Shown: piece by piece, positions 37,157 through 46,875 of the stretch | Layout: each line of letters starts with the position of its first letter | How positions within the stretch are numbered: position 1 is the first letter of the stretch | NCBI GenBank assembly: GCA_018715805.1 | Contig: DVKX01000071.1 | Location: forward strand, 17,074 to 81,073 | From: Candidatus Faecousia intestinigallinarum | GTDB taxonomy: Bacteria; Bacillota; Clostridia; Oscillospirales; Oscillospiraceae | Direction of reading: 5' to 3' | Length of the DNA stretch: 64,000 bases | The notes under the pieces: model-generated | Databases searched by the model: none | The model's input: only the letters and a program-made list of their open reading frames with translations | What the model was told of the DNA's origin: nothing | Program-made: the position numbers and the translations under genes

Positions 37157-39796
37157 ATGAGTCACAAGTATTATGGGGTCAATGAACTGCGGGAGATGTT
37201 CCTGTCCTTCTTCGAGAGCAAAGGACATCTGCGTCTGCCCAGCTTTTCCCTGATTCCGCAAAACGATGCGTCCCTGCTGCTGATCAACTCCGGCATGGCG
37301 CCTATGAAGCCCTACTTTAAGGGGGAGGTGGAGCCGCCCCGCCGCCGGGTATGCACCTGCCAAAAGTGTATCCGTACCGGCGACATCGACAACATCGGCA
37401 AGACCGCCCGCCATGGCACTTACTTTGAAATGCTGGGCAACTTCTCTTTCGGCGATTATTTCAAGCGCGAGGCCATTGCCTGGAGCTGGGAATTCCTGAC
37501 TAAGGTGGTAGGGCTGGAAGAGGATCGGCTGTATCCGTCTATCTACGAAAACGATGAAGAGGCGTTTGAGATCTGGAACAAGGAGATTGGGATCCCTGCC
37601 GAGCGGATCTTCCGCTTCGGCAAAGAGGAGAACTTCTGGGAGCACGGTTCCGGCCCCTGCGGCCCCTGCTCGGAGATTCACTACGACCGGGGCGAGAAGT
37701 ATGGCTGCGGCAAAGCTTCCTGCACGGTAGGCTGCGACTGCGACCGGTATATGGAAGTGTGGAACAACGTGTTCTCCCAGTTTGACAACGACGGCAATGG
37801 GAACTATACGGAACTGGCGCAGAAAAACATCGATACCGGCATGGGACTGGAGCGGCTGGCGGTGGTGTGCCAGGATGTGGACAGCCTTTTTGATGTGGAT
37901 ACCGTGATGAATATTACCCATAAGGTGACGGAGATCACCGGCGCTTCCTACGGCAGAAGCCACCAGATGGACGTGTCCCTGCGGGTGATTACCGATCATA
38001 TCCGCGCCGCCACTTTTATGGTGGCCGACGGCGTGCTGCCCAGCAACGAGGGGCGGGGTTATGTGCTTCGCCGCCTGCTTCGGCGTGCTGCCAGGCACGG
38101 TAAGCTCTTGGGCGTGAACCGTCCGTTCCTGTATGAAGTGGTGGAGACGGTGATCCGGGAGAATGAATCCCATTATACCTACCTGCGGGAGCGGGCGGCC
38201 TATATTACCCGGGTGGTAAAAGTAGAGGAAGAGAATTTTGCTCGCACCATTGACGGCGGTATGCGCATTTTTTCGGAGATGCTGGCGGAGCATAAGGCGC
38301 GGGGAGAGCAGGAATTCTCCGGCGTAGACGCTTTTAAGCTGTACGATACCTATGGTTTCCCCATTGATTTGACTGTTGAAATGGTGGCGGACGAGGATAT
38401 GACGCTGAACCAGGCGGATTTTGCGCGGCTGATGCAGGAGCAGAAGGCGCGGGCGCGGGAGGCGCGGAAAGCGCTGGGAGATCTGGCCTGGTCGGGCATT
38501 GACCTGGGGCTGGACAATACGCCTACGAAGTTCGTGGGATACGAGCAGAACAACTGCGAGGCCAGGGTACTGGCTGTGGTAGTGGGAGACGAGGTTTCCG
38601 GCGCCATTGCCGGGGGTGAGAAAGGTATTTTGGTACTGGATCGCACGCCTTTCTACGCGGAGATGGGCGGCCAGGTAGCAGACCAGGGCGTTATCCTGGT
38701 GGGAGACAGCCGCTTTGAGGTCAGCGATGTGCAGAAAGATAAGGGAGGCAAATATCTCCACTACGGCGCTATGAGCAAAGGCAGCATCAAAGTGGACGAT
38801 GATGTGTGCGCTTCCATTGATGTGGAGCGCCGCCGAGCCATCATGCGTGCCCACTCGGCAACGCATCTGCTGCAAAAGGCGCTGAAAAGCGTGCTCGGCG
38901 ACCATGTGCATCAGGCGGGCTCTCTTGTGGAGCCGGATCGTCTGCGCTTCGACTTCACCCACTATTCTGCTATGACGCCGGAGGAACTGGCGCGGGTGGA
39001 TACGATCATCCAATCCGCCATTCTAGAGGGCTATCCTGTGGATGTGCGGCAGATGCCCATTGAGGAAGCGAAGAAAATGGGCGCTATGGCGCTGTTCAGC
39101 GAAAAATACGGCGATACGGTTCGGGTAGTGAACATGGGCGGCTACTCTATTGAGCTTTGCGGAGGCACACATTTGGACAACACGGCCAAGATCGGCCCGT
39201 TCCGCATTGAAAGCGAAGGCAGCGTGGCCTCTGGCGTGCGGCGCATTGAGGCGATCACCGGCAAGGCGTGCCTGCAGGATATGGAGCGGAATCGGCAGCT
39301 CATTTATGACATTGCGGCGCAGCTGAAGGCTAAGCCTGCCGATCTCATCGACCGCCTTCACGGGCAGGTGGAGGAGATCAAGAGCCTAAAGCGCAGCCTG
39401 GAGCAGTTCCGTGCCAAGGAAACGGCCGGCGCGGCGGAGCGTTTCCTTTTCGGCGCCAGGGACGTGGAGGGGATCCATGTGGTGACATCCGTTGTGCCGG
39501 ACGCAGATGCCGGCAAGCTGCGGCTTATGGGCGACCAGCTGCGGGACAGAGATCCCCGCGTGGTGGCGGTGCTTTCCTGCATCCATGAGGAGAAAATCTC
39601 TTTTGTTGCCGTGTGCGGTAAGGACGCCATTTCCCGGGGATTGAAGGCCGGTGAGCTGGTGAAGCAGGTTTGCAGCTGCTGCGGCGGTTCCGGCGGCGGA
39701 AAGCCGGAATGTGCCATGGGCGGCGGCAAGGATACCATGAAGCTGGACGATGCGCTGGCGCAGGTGGATGATTTCGTTGCTTCCAAGCTGAAATAA
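37157..39796 (+). CDS. alaS: Alanine--tRNA ligase
   Basis: HGTYFEMLGNFSFGDYFK, GPCGPCSEI, DTGMGLERL, editing HSATH and ELCGGTH, DHHA1 GGSGGG. Confidence 0.98.
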   Translation: MSHKYYGVNELREMFLSFFESKGHLRLPSFSLIPQNDASLLLINSGMAPMKPYFKGEVEPPRRRVCTCQKCIRTGDIDNIGKTARHGTYFEMLGNFSFGDYFKREAIAWSWEFLTKVVGLEEDRLYPSIYENDEEAFEIWNKEIGIPAERIFRFGKEENFWEHGSGPCGPCSEIHYDRGEKYGCGKASCTVGCDCDRYMEVWNNVFSQFDNDGNGNYTELAQKNIDTGMGLERLAVVCQDVDSLFDVDTVMNITHKVTEITGASYGRSHQMDVSLRVITDHIRAATFMVADGVLPSNEGRGYVLRRLLRRAARHGKLLGVNRPFLYEVVETVIRENESHYTYLRERAAYITRVVKVEEENFARTIDGGMRIFSEMLAEHKARGEQEFSGVDAFKLYDTYGFPIDLTVEMVADEDMTLNQADFARLMQEQKARAREARKALGDLAWSGIDLGLDNTPTKFVGYEQNNCEARVLAVVVGDEVSGAIAGGEKGILVLDRTPFYAEMGGQVADQGVILVGDSRFEVSDVQKDKGGKYLHYGAMSKGSIKVDDDVCASIDVERRRAIMRAHSATHLLQKALKSVLGDHVHQAGSLVEPDRLRFDFTHYSAMTPEELARVDTIIQSAILEGYPVDVRQMPIEEAKKMGAMALFSEKYGDTVRVVNMGGYSIELCGGTHLDNTAKIGPFRIESEGSVASGVRRIEAITGKACLQDMERNRQLIYDIAAQLKAKPADLIDRLHGQVEEIKSLKRSLEQFRAKETAGAAERFLFGARDVEGIHVVTSVVPDADAGKLRLMGDQLRDRDPRVVAVLSCIHEEKISFVAVCGKDAISRGLKAGELVKQVCSCCGGSGGGKPECAMGGGKDTMKLDDALAQVDDFVASKLK

Positions 39797-39800
39797 TTGT

Positions 39801-39836
39801 CAGGACGCCGCCGAAAAGGACGGCGTCCTGCTTTTT
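39801..39836 (+). terminator. Terminator after alaS
   Basis: CAGGACGCCG/CGGCGTCCTG stem plus TTTTT. Confidence 0.8.
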
Positions 39837-39844
39837 GTACAACG

Positions 39845-40575
39845 AAAACCACCGGCAGAGCCGGTGGTTCCAAAAAGCTTTAGCTATGCCTAGAAAAAAT
39901 ATCCTCCTTTAGATATAGTAATGGTGGTCTGCCAACCGCCATTACATAACTAAAGGAGGAATCAAGTCCAGATGAAACTTGACACTAACAGTTTAGCACA
40001 CACGAAGTGGGAATGCAAATATCCTATCGTATTCGCGCCAAAATATCGTCGTCAGATTATTTACGGCAAAATAAAAGCGGATATAGGGCAAATGCTTAGG
40101 AAGCTATGTGAATACAAGGGAGTGGAGATAATCGAAGCAGAAGCGTGCAGGGATCATATCCACATGCTCGTATCAATCCCACCCAAGTATAGCGTAGCAC
40201 AGATCATGGGCTATCTTAAAGGAAAGAGTAGTCTAATGATTTTCGAGAAGTATGCCAACCTCAAGTACAAGTATGGCAACCGGCATTTCTGGTGCCGGGG
40301 GTATTATGTGAGTACAGTAGGAGCGAACAAGAAGGCGATTCAGGAATACATCAAGAACCAGTTACAGGAAGATTATTCAGACGACCAAATGAGCATAAAA
40401 GAGTATGTCGACCCGTTTACGGGTCAGCCAGTACAAGGGGGCAAATAAACAAAAGCCCCTTTAGGGGCAGCCCGTGAAATCTGCGCGGCTGGCAGACTAT
40501 TCGACGAGCCTATAGGCTCAGCCCAGGGCATGCCCCAAGGGGGCTAGTGCATACCACCGGCACGGCCGGTGGTTA
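39845..40575 (+). mobile_element. IS200/IS605-family insertion sequence (tnpA only, no tnpB); ends approximate
   Basis: Matching subterminal hairpins ACCACCGGC-nnn-GCCGGTGGT at 39848-39868 and 40553-40573 flanking a Y1 transposase; locally AT-rich; no TIR or TSD, as expected for this family. Confidence 0.9.
39972..40448 (+). CDS. tnpA: IS200-type Y1 (HUH) transposase
   Basis: PKYRR, HUH motif DHIHML, LKGKSS, FWCRGYYVSTVG, catalytic YIKNQ. Confidence 0.95.
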   Translation: MKLDTNSLAHTKWECKYPIVFAPKYRRQIIYGKIKADIGQMLRKLCEYKGVEIIEAEACRDHIHMLVSIPPKYSVAQIMGYLKGKSSLMIFEKYANLKYKYGNRHFWCRGYYVSTVGANKKAIQEYIKNQLQEDYSDDQMSIKEYVDPFTGQPVQGGK

Positions 40576-40598
40576 TGATTGAGAGAGGAGATGGGGAA

Positions 40599-42821
40599 AT
40601 GCGCATATTGATGTGGTTCAGCATTGGTTTTTGCGGAGCCTGCGGAGCATTTGCCTATCTGCCCGGCAGCGGCCTGGGCGCTCCTATATTGGCGGCGGTA
40701 TTGGCTGCGGCGGCGATAGCCCTTTGGGTGGGCAGAGAGCGGATGCTCCGTCCCTTGGTCTGCGCATTGCTGGGCTGCGCGTTGGGACTGGGCTGGTTTG
40801 CCTGCTTTGACGGCATATATCTGGCGCCTCCCAAAACGATGGATGGCCGGACAGAGGAAGCCGCCATCCTTCTGCGGAGCTACAGTTATCCGACGGAATA
40901 TGGGCAGGCTGCTGGAGGCGAGGTGACTCTGGCGGGAAAAACTTATCGTCTGCGGGTCTATTTGGACTGTCAGGAATCGCTGCCGCCGGGGACAGTGGTA
41001 GAGGGAGCGTTTCGCTTCCAATTGACCACGGGAACAGGGAATGAAGAACGCACCTCCCACAGTGGGAAAGGGGAATTCCTCCTGGCGTACGCAGCGGGGG
41101 AAGTCAGTTGGGAACTACCCCAGTCAAAATCTCTGCGGTATTTACCGGAATACGCACGGCAGTATATTTTGACGCGCATTGAGATGTTTCTTCCGCCGGA
41201 CGTGGGCGTTTTTGCCCGCGCGTTGCTGCTGGGGGACACCGCTCAGCTGGATTATGAGACGGATACGGCGCTTCAGCTGAGCGGGGTGCGCCATGTGGTG
41301 GCCGTCTCTGGGATGCACGTTTCCATTTTATGCGGACTGCTGCTGTTTTTGAGCTGTGGGAAGCGCTTTCTGGCGGTGAGCCTTTGCCTTCCGGCTCTGT
41401 TGCTGTTTACGGCAATGGCCGGTTTTACTCCGTCTGTAAGCCGCGCTGCTATTATGGTGAGCTTGTCGCTGCTGGCTATGGTGCTCCGACGGGAGTATGA
41501 CCCGCCCACAGCGCTTTCCTTTGCGGCGCTGGTCATTCTCATTGTCAATCCCTGGGCGGTGACATCTGTGAGTTTCCAGCTTTCGGTATCCTGCGTGGCG
41601 GGGATCCTGCTGTTTTCCGGGCGGATATACGGCTATCTGGAGTCCCGTTTTTTCCCGGCCAAGAAGCGCATCCGCGGGAAACGGCTGCTGCGTCTTGCGG
41701 CGGCGTCCTTATCGGTAACACTGGGCGCCATGAGCCTGTCCACGCCTCTGTCCGCCTATTATTTCGGCATGGTCAGCCTGGCGGGGATTTTTGCCAACCT
41801 GCTGGGACTCTGGGCGGTAAGCCTGGCTTTTTATGGAATTTTGGCGGTGGTGATTTTTGGAAGCGTTTTTGCGCCCTTGGGAAGCGTGTTTGCCTGGCTC
41901 ACAACGCTCCTGATTCGCTATTTTATCCTTTTGACGAAGTTCCTGTCGGCGTTTCCACTGTCGGCGGTGTACACCCGGAGCCGGGAAATTGTGTGGTGGC
42001 TGGTGTCGTGTTATCTGCTCCTGGGTCTGCTGCTGGTGATGAAGAAAAAGCAGCCCGCCTTGTTTCTGGCAATGGCCGCTTTTGGTCTGACAGCGGCGCT
42101 GACAATTTCCTGGCTGCTGCCTTTGACGGAGCAATTCCGGGTCACAGTTTTGGATGTGGGTCAGGGACAATGCGTGGTTCTGCAAAGCGGCGGCAGAACA
42201 TATCTGGTGGACTGCGGCGGCGATTATGGAGAAAATGCCGCGGATATTGCGGCAGAGTATCTTCTCTCCCAGGGGATTTTTCGGCTGGACGGTCTGATCC
42301 TTACCCACTTTGATGAGGATCATGCAGGCGGCGCGGCATTTTTGGCCGCCCGGATTCCTGTGGAGGCAGTATTCTACCCGGATACGGAATTGCCGTCCTT
42401 TCCCGTATTGGCGGACTATCCTGTGACGGTGCAGACGACTCTGACATATGGGGAAAGCAAAATAACGATCTTCCCAGGAAATACGGCGGGAGGGAGCAAC
42501 GAAACCAGCCTGTGCGTCTTGTTTCAGGTTGGGAATTGTGATATACTGATTACCGGCGACCAGACAGAGGCAGGAGAAAAGGCGCTGCTGTGCCAGACGG
42601 ATCTGCCGGAACTGGAAATGCTGGTGGTGGGACATCACGGGGCAAAGACTTCCACAGGGGAAGCGCTGCTTCGCAAGACAAAACCGCTGTGCGCAGTGAT
42701 TTCTGTGGGCGCGGACAATCCTTATGGACATCCGGCGCAGGAGGTATTGGCGCGGCTGAAGCAGTTTGGCTGCACCGTTTTGCGGACGGATGAAATGGGC
42801 ACGATTATTTTCCGGGGGTGA
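40599..42821 (+). CDS. comEC: DNA internalisation competence protein ComEC/Rec2
   Basis: SGVRHVVAVSGMHV, PSVSRAAIM, SFQLS, MBL domain DVGQG, THFDEDH, GHHG, ISVGADNPYGHP, RTDEMG. Confidence 0.95.
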   Translation: MRILMWFSIGFCGACGAFAYLPGSGLGAPILAAVLAAAAIALWVGRERMLRPLVCALLGCALGLGWFACFDGIYLAPPKTMDGRTEEAAILLRSYSYPTEYGQAAGGEVTLAGKTYRLRVYLDCQESLPPGTVVEGAFRFQLTTGTGNEERTSHSGKGEFLLAYAAGEVSWELPQSKSLRYLPEYARQYILTRIEMFLPPDVGVFARALLLGDTAQLDYETDTALQLSGVRHVVAVSGMHVSILCGLLLFLSCGKRFLAVSLCLPALLLFTAMAGFTPSVSRAAIMVSLSLLAMVLRREYDPPTALSFAALVILIVNPWAVTSVSFQLSVSCVAGILLFSGRIYGYLESRFFPAKKRIRGKRLLRLAAASLSVTLGAMSLSTPLSAYYFGMVSLAGIFANLLGLWAVSLAFYGILAVVIFGSVFAPLGSVFAWLTTLLIRYFILLTKFLSAFPLSAVYTRSREIVWWLVSCYLLLGLLLVMKKKQPALFLAMAAFGLTAALTISWLLPLTEQFRVTVLDVGQGQCVVLQSGGRTYLVDCGGDYGENAADIAAEYLLSQGIFRLDGLILTHFDEDHAGGAAFLAARIPVEAVFYPDTELPSFPVLADYPVTVQTTLTYGESKITIFPGNTAGGSNETSLCVLFQVGNCDILITGDQTEAGEKALLCQTDLPELEMLVVGHHGAKTSTGEALLRKTKPLCAVISVGADNPYGHPAQEVLARLKQFGCTVLRTDEMGTIIFRG

Positions 42822-42825
42822 GACA

Positions 42826-43872
42826 ATGGCCAAGAAGCAGGAAACCAACAATGGTTTGCAGGAACTGAAAAGAGATCTGAACCAGAAGGCTCCGGGCAGA
42901 CTGTATTTCTTCTACGGCGAGGAGGTATTTCTGCTGCACCACTATCTGGATCGGCTGCAGAAGCTGCTTCTGGAACCATTGACGGAGTCGTTTAATTTCC
43001 ACAAGCTGACGGCAGAGGACTTTGCCCTGCAATCCCTTATGGACGCAGTGGAGGCGCTGCCTATGATGGCGGAGCATACGCTGATCGTGGTGGACGAAGT
43101 GGACGTCTTCTCCATGGATGAGGGAAGCCGGGAGAAGCTGACACAGTTTTTTTCTGACATTCCGGAATATTGCACCCTGGTCTTTACCTACGAAACCACC
43201 CCCTGGAAGCCGGACAAACGCTATAAGAAGCTTTGGGAGGCAGTGGAGAAAAAGGGCTGCCTGGTGGAATTTACCAAGCAGAACCGCAGGGAACTGGTCA
43301 CATGGGTCATCCGTCACTTTACGGCCTTGGGGAAGTATATTTCTCAGGAGCTGGCGGGCTATCTGATCGATATTACCGACGGCACCATGACGGCGCTGGC
43401 GGGGGAGATCTCTAAAATTGCCGCATACTCGGGTGCACAGGAGATCGTGAAAAGCGATATTGACGCTGTAACGGAGCCGGCGCTGGACGCGGTGGTATTC
43501 CAGATGACGGATTTGCTTTCTCGGGGGGATTTCGGGGGCGCGCTGCTGAAATTGGAGCAGCTGCTTAAAATGCAGCAGGAACCCATCGCCATTCTGGGAG
43601 CGGTGGGGGCGCACTTTCGGCGGCTCAGTACCGCCCGGATTCTGCGGGACAACGGCAAGGGTGAGGGAGAACTGATGCGCTTGTGCGGTATCGGCAGCTA
43701 TCCTGCCCGGCGGGCGCTGGATGAGTGCGGAAAGTTTCCCCGGCGCTATTACAAAAAAGCCGCAGAATTGGTAATGGAAACGGACTACCAGATGAAAACC
43801 TCCTTTGATGAAAAGCCGCGGCTTCTGGAATTGCTTCTACTGCGGCTTGCCCAGGAGGCAAAGCATGGTTAG
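42826..43872 (+). CDS. holA: DNA polymerase III delta subunit
   Basis: LYFFYGEE, EISKIAAY, VFQMTD..GDF; comEC-holA synteny. Confidence 0.92.
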   Translation: MAKKQETNNGLQELKRDLNQKAPGRLYFFYGEEVFLLHHYLDRLQKLLLEPLTESFNFHKLTAEDFALQSLMDAVEALPMMAEHTLIVVDEVDVFSMDEGSREKLTQFFSDIPEYCTLVFTYETTPWKPDKRYKKLWEAVEKKGCLVEFTKQNRRELVTWVIRHFTALGKYISQELAGYLIDITDGTMTALAGEISKIAAYSGAQEIVKSDIDAVTEPALDAVVFQMTDLLSRGDFGGALLKLEQLLKMQQEPIAILGAVGAHFRRLSTARILRDNGKGEGELMRLCGIGSYPARRALDECGKFPRRYYKKAAELVMETDYQMKTSFDEKPRLLELLLLRLAQEAKHG

Positions 43873-44449
43873 CATCCGGGAGGCCATTGTGGTGGAGGGG
43901 CGGTATGATAAGAATACCCTTTTGCAGATTGTCGATGCGACGATTTTGGAAACCAACGGCTTTGGCATTATGAACGATAAGAACCTGCTTGCCCTGCTGC
44001 GAAAAGTGGCGAAGGCGCGGGGGTTGATTGTATTTACGGATTCTGACGGCGCAGGCTTTGTGATCCGCAATTTTTTGAAAAGCGCCATAGATCCCCAGTA
44101 TTTGAAGCACGCTTATATCCCGGATGTTCCCGGAAAGGAGCGGAGGAAAGCCGCCCCCGGCAAAGAGGGAAAACTGGGCGTGGAGGGAATGCCGCCGGAG
44201 GTTCTCCTGGAAGCTCTGCGGCGTGCGGGCGCTACCATGGGCGGTGAGACGGCCGCACTCCGAAATGCCATTACGAAGCAGGATATGATGGAGCTGGGGC
44301 TGTCCGGCGGGGTAAATGCCGCCCAAAAGCGAAAGGAACTGGTAAAGCGGCTGGATTTGCCGGAACATCTCAGCGCCAACGCCCTGCTCCAGGCGCTGAA
44401 CGCGTTGTATTCTTTGGAGGAATTACGGCGCATGATGAAGGAAATATAA
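43865..44449 (+). CDS. rnmV: Ribonuclease M5 (TOPRIM + DUF4093)
   Basis: IVVEGRYD, FTDSDGAG, KEGKLGVEG, LSANALL. Confidence 0.9.
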   Translation: MVSIREAIVVEGRYDKNTLLQIVDATILETNGFGIMNDKNLLALLRKVAKARGLIVFTDSDGAGFVIRNFLKSAIDPQYLKHAYIPDVPGKERRKAAPGKEGKLGVEGMPPEVLLEALRRAGATMGGETAALRNAITKQDMMELGLSGGVNAAQKRKELVKRLDLPEHLSANALLQALNALYSLEELRRMMKEI

Positions 44450-44451
44450 GA

Positions 44452-44928
44452 ATGGGGAAATATGACATGCGGCAAATTCGGCGGCTGGAGACGAAGGAAG
44501 AAAAACAAGCTGCCGCCGCAGCTGTCCTGTCCGCGCTTCCGCAATGGTTTGGGATTCCAGAGAGCACGGCGGAATATGTTGAGAACTGCGGGGAACTGCC
44601 GGTATGGGCGGCGATGGAGCAGGGGAACGTGATCGGTTTTCTGGCATTGAAGCGGACGAGCCCCTGTGCTATGGAAATCTATGTGATGGGCGTTTGCCCG
44701 CAGCATCACCGGCAAGGTGTGGGGGAAGCGCTGCTGAATGCGGCGGAGCGTGCGGCTTTGGCGGCCAATGTGGAATTTTTACAAGTAAAGACTGTGGAGC
44801 CGGGGCACTATGCGGAGTATGACCGCACGGTGGACTTTTATCAAGCAATGGGTTTTCGGGTGCTGGAAGTGTTCCCAACGCTGTGGGATCCATGGAATCC
44901 TTGCTTGCTCCTGGTAAAGAAGCTGTAG
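44452..44928 (+). CDS. GNAT-family N-acetyltransferase
   Basis: VMGVCPQHHRQGVGEALL (motif A), FYQAMGF (motif B). Confidence 0.9.
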   Translation: MGKYDMRQIRRLETKEEKQAAAAAVLSALPQWFGIPESTAEYVENCGELPVWAAMEQGNVIGFLALKRTSPCAMEIYVMGVCPQHHRQGVGEALLNAAERAALAANVEFLQVKTVEPGHYAEYDRTVDFYQAMGFRVLEVFPTLWDPWNPCLLLVKKL

Positions 44929-44949
44929 AGAAATTTTGGAGAGAAAACG

Positions 44950-46821
44950 ATGATCGATATCGCGGTAAAGGATCTAAAAAAGTTTTTTGTTATCGGAGAG
45001 AATTTGCTGGACGGGCTTTCCTTTGAAGTGCAGGAGGGGGAGCGGGTGGCGATCCTGGGGCGGAACGGCTGTGGGAAAACCACGTTATTTAAGATCCTGA
45101 CTGGGGAAATGGACTATGACGGCGGTCAGGTATATGTCAATCCCGGCAAACGCCTGGGGCTGATTTCCCAGATTCCTCGCTTCCCGGCGGGGTATACGGT
45201 AGAGGATGTGCTGCGCTCGGCGTTTTCGGGTTTAATGAAGCTCAAAGCACAGATGGAACGCCTGGAGCGGGAAATGGAGTCGGGGGCAACCAAGGAGCAG
45301 CTGCGGCAGTATGACAACCTATGCAGCCGCTTCCAGTCTGGCGGCGGGTATGACATGGATGTGGATACGGATAAAATCTGCAACGGCTTGGGTATTACCC
45401 CAGCCCAGCGGCAGCAGGAGTTCGACAGCCTTTCCGGCGGTGAGAAGACCCGGATGAACCTGGCGCGGCTGCTGCTGGAGAAAACGGATATTTTGCTGCT
45501 GGACGAGCCCACCAACCACCTGGATCTCAACAGCGTGGAATGGCTGGAGGGATATATCAAAGGCTTCAAGGGTACGGTGCTGGCCATCTCCCATGACCGG
45601 TATTTTCTGGATCAGGTGGCGGAGCGGGTGATCGAGATTGCGGACGGGCACGGGGAATTCTACTCCGGCAACTATTCCTTCTATATGGAGGAAAAGCAGG
45701 CGCGGTTTGACCTGCAAATGAGGCAATACGAGCAGGAGCAGGCAAAGCTGAAGCAGCTGGGATTTACCCTGGAACGGATGAAGGGGTGGGGCATCAACAA
45801 CCGCGCCCTTTATCGCCGCGCCATGTCTATCCAGCACCGAATGGAACGGATCGAAAAGACGAAAAAGCCCAAAAAAGAGCGCACCATGTCCGCCAGCTTT
45901 GGAGAAAAGGATTTTGCCGGCGATGTGGTGTTCACCATGAAAAATGTGGAAAAGTCCTTTGGGGAGCGTACGCTTTTCTCCAACGTGAATCTGCGGGTGG
46001 AGGGGGGCGAGCGGATCGCCCTGCTGGGCGACAATGGTACTGGTAAAACCACGTTCTTAAACTGTTTGCTGGGCAGCGAGGACTGCATGGGCAAGATCAC
46101 ATTCGGGCCTACGGTGAAATGGGGATACCTGCCCCAGATCATCCGCTTTGACCACCCGGAGCGCACCCTGTACGACACGATGCTCTATGAGAAAAACTGC
46201 ACGCCGCAGACAGCGCGGGATCGGCTGGGGGCGTTTCTCTTCCAGGGAGAGGATGTGTTCAAAACGGTGGGCACCCTCTCCGGCGGAGAGCAGTCCCGGC
46301 TGCGATTGTGCATGCTTATGGATGAGAAAATCAATCTGCTGATCTTGGACGAACCTACCAACCATTTGGACATCGCTTCCCGGGAGTGGGTGGAGGCGGC
46401 CATAGAGGAATTTGAAGGCGCATTGCTCTTTGTATCGCACGACCGCTACTTCATTGAGAAATTTGCCGAACGTATCTGGCTGCTGGAGGACGGAACTGTA
46501 CGGGATTTCCCCTGCGGCTATCAGAAGTACCGCTCCATTTTGGAGCATGAGGCGGCCAATAAGCCGCCAACTGCCGTACCCAAAATCAGAAAAGAAAAGC
46601 CCAAGGGCGGCGCCAAGGAGCAGGAGAAGCTGGTTCGCCGTTTGGAGCGGGAAATCGAAAAGCAGGAACAGTCCATCGCCGGAATGGAAAGCGCCGTTGC
46701 GGCGGCGGCCGCAGATTATCAGGAGCTGACCCGGCTGCTGGAGGAGAAGGAAGCGGCGGAAGAAACGCTGATGGCGCTGATGGCGGAGTGGGAGGAAGCC
46801 CAGGCCGCTCTGGATGGTTGA
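44950..46821 (+). CDS. ABC-F family ATPase (ribosome-associated)
   Basis: Two NBDs (GRNGCGKT, LSGGEKTR, DEPTNHLD; GDNGTGKT, LSGGEQSR), no TM, C-terminal coiled coil. Confidence 0.93.
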   Translation: MIDIAVKDLKKFFVIGENLLDGLSFEVQEGERVAILGRNGCGKTTLFKILTGEMDYDGGQVYVNPGKRLGLISQIPRFPAGYTVEDVLRSAFSGLMKLKAQMERLEREMESGATKEQLRQYDNLCSRFQSGGGYDMDVDTDKICNGLGITPAQRQQEFDSLSGGEKTRMNLARLLLEKTDILLLDEPTNHLDLNSVEWLEGYIKGFKGTVLAISHDRYFLDQVAERVIEIADGHGEFYSGNYSFYMEEKQARFDLQMRQYEQEQAKLKQLGFTLERMKGWGINNRALYRRAMSIQHRMERIEKTKKPKKERTMSASFGEKDFAGDVVFTMKNVEKSFGERTLFSNVNLRVEGGERIALLGDNGTGKTTFLNCLLGSEDCMGKITFGPTVKWGYLPQIIRFDHPERTLYDTMLYEKNCTPQTARDRLGAFLFQGEDVFKTVGTLSGGEQSRLRLCMLMDEKINLLILDEPTNHLDIASREWVEAAIEEFEGALLFVSHDRYFIEKFAERIWLLEDGTVRDFPCGYQKYRSILEHEAANKPPTAVPKIRKEKPKGGAKEQEKLVRRLEREIEKQEQSIAGMESAVAAAAADYQELTRLLEEKEAAEETLMALMAEWEEAQAALDG

Positions 46822-46875
46822 CAACAGAGGAAAACGGCATATAATAGGAAGAAAACAAAGAAGGAGAGAAGACGA

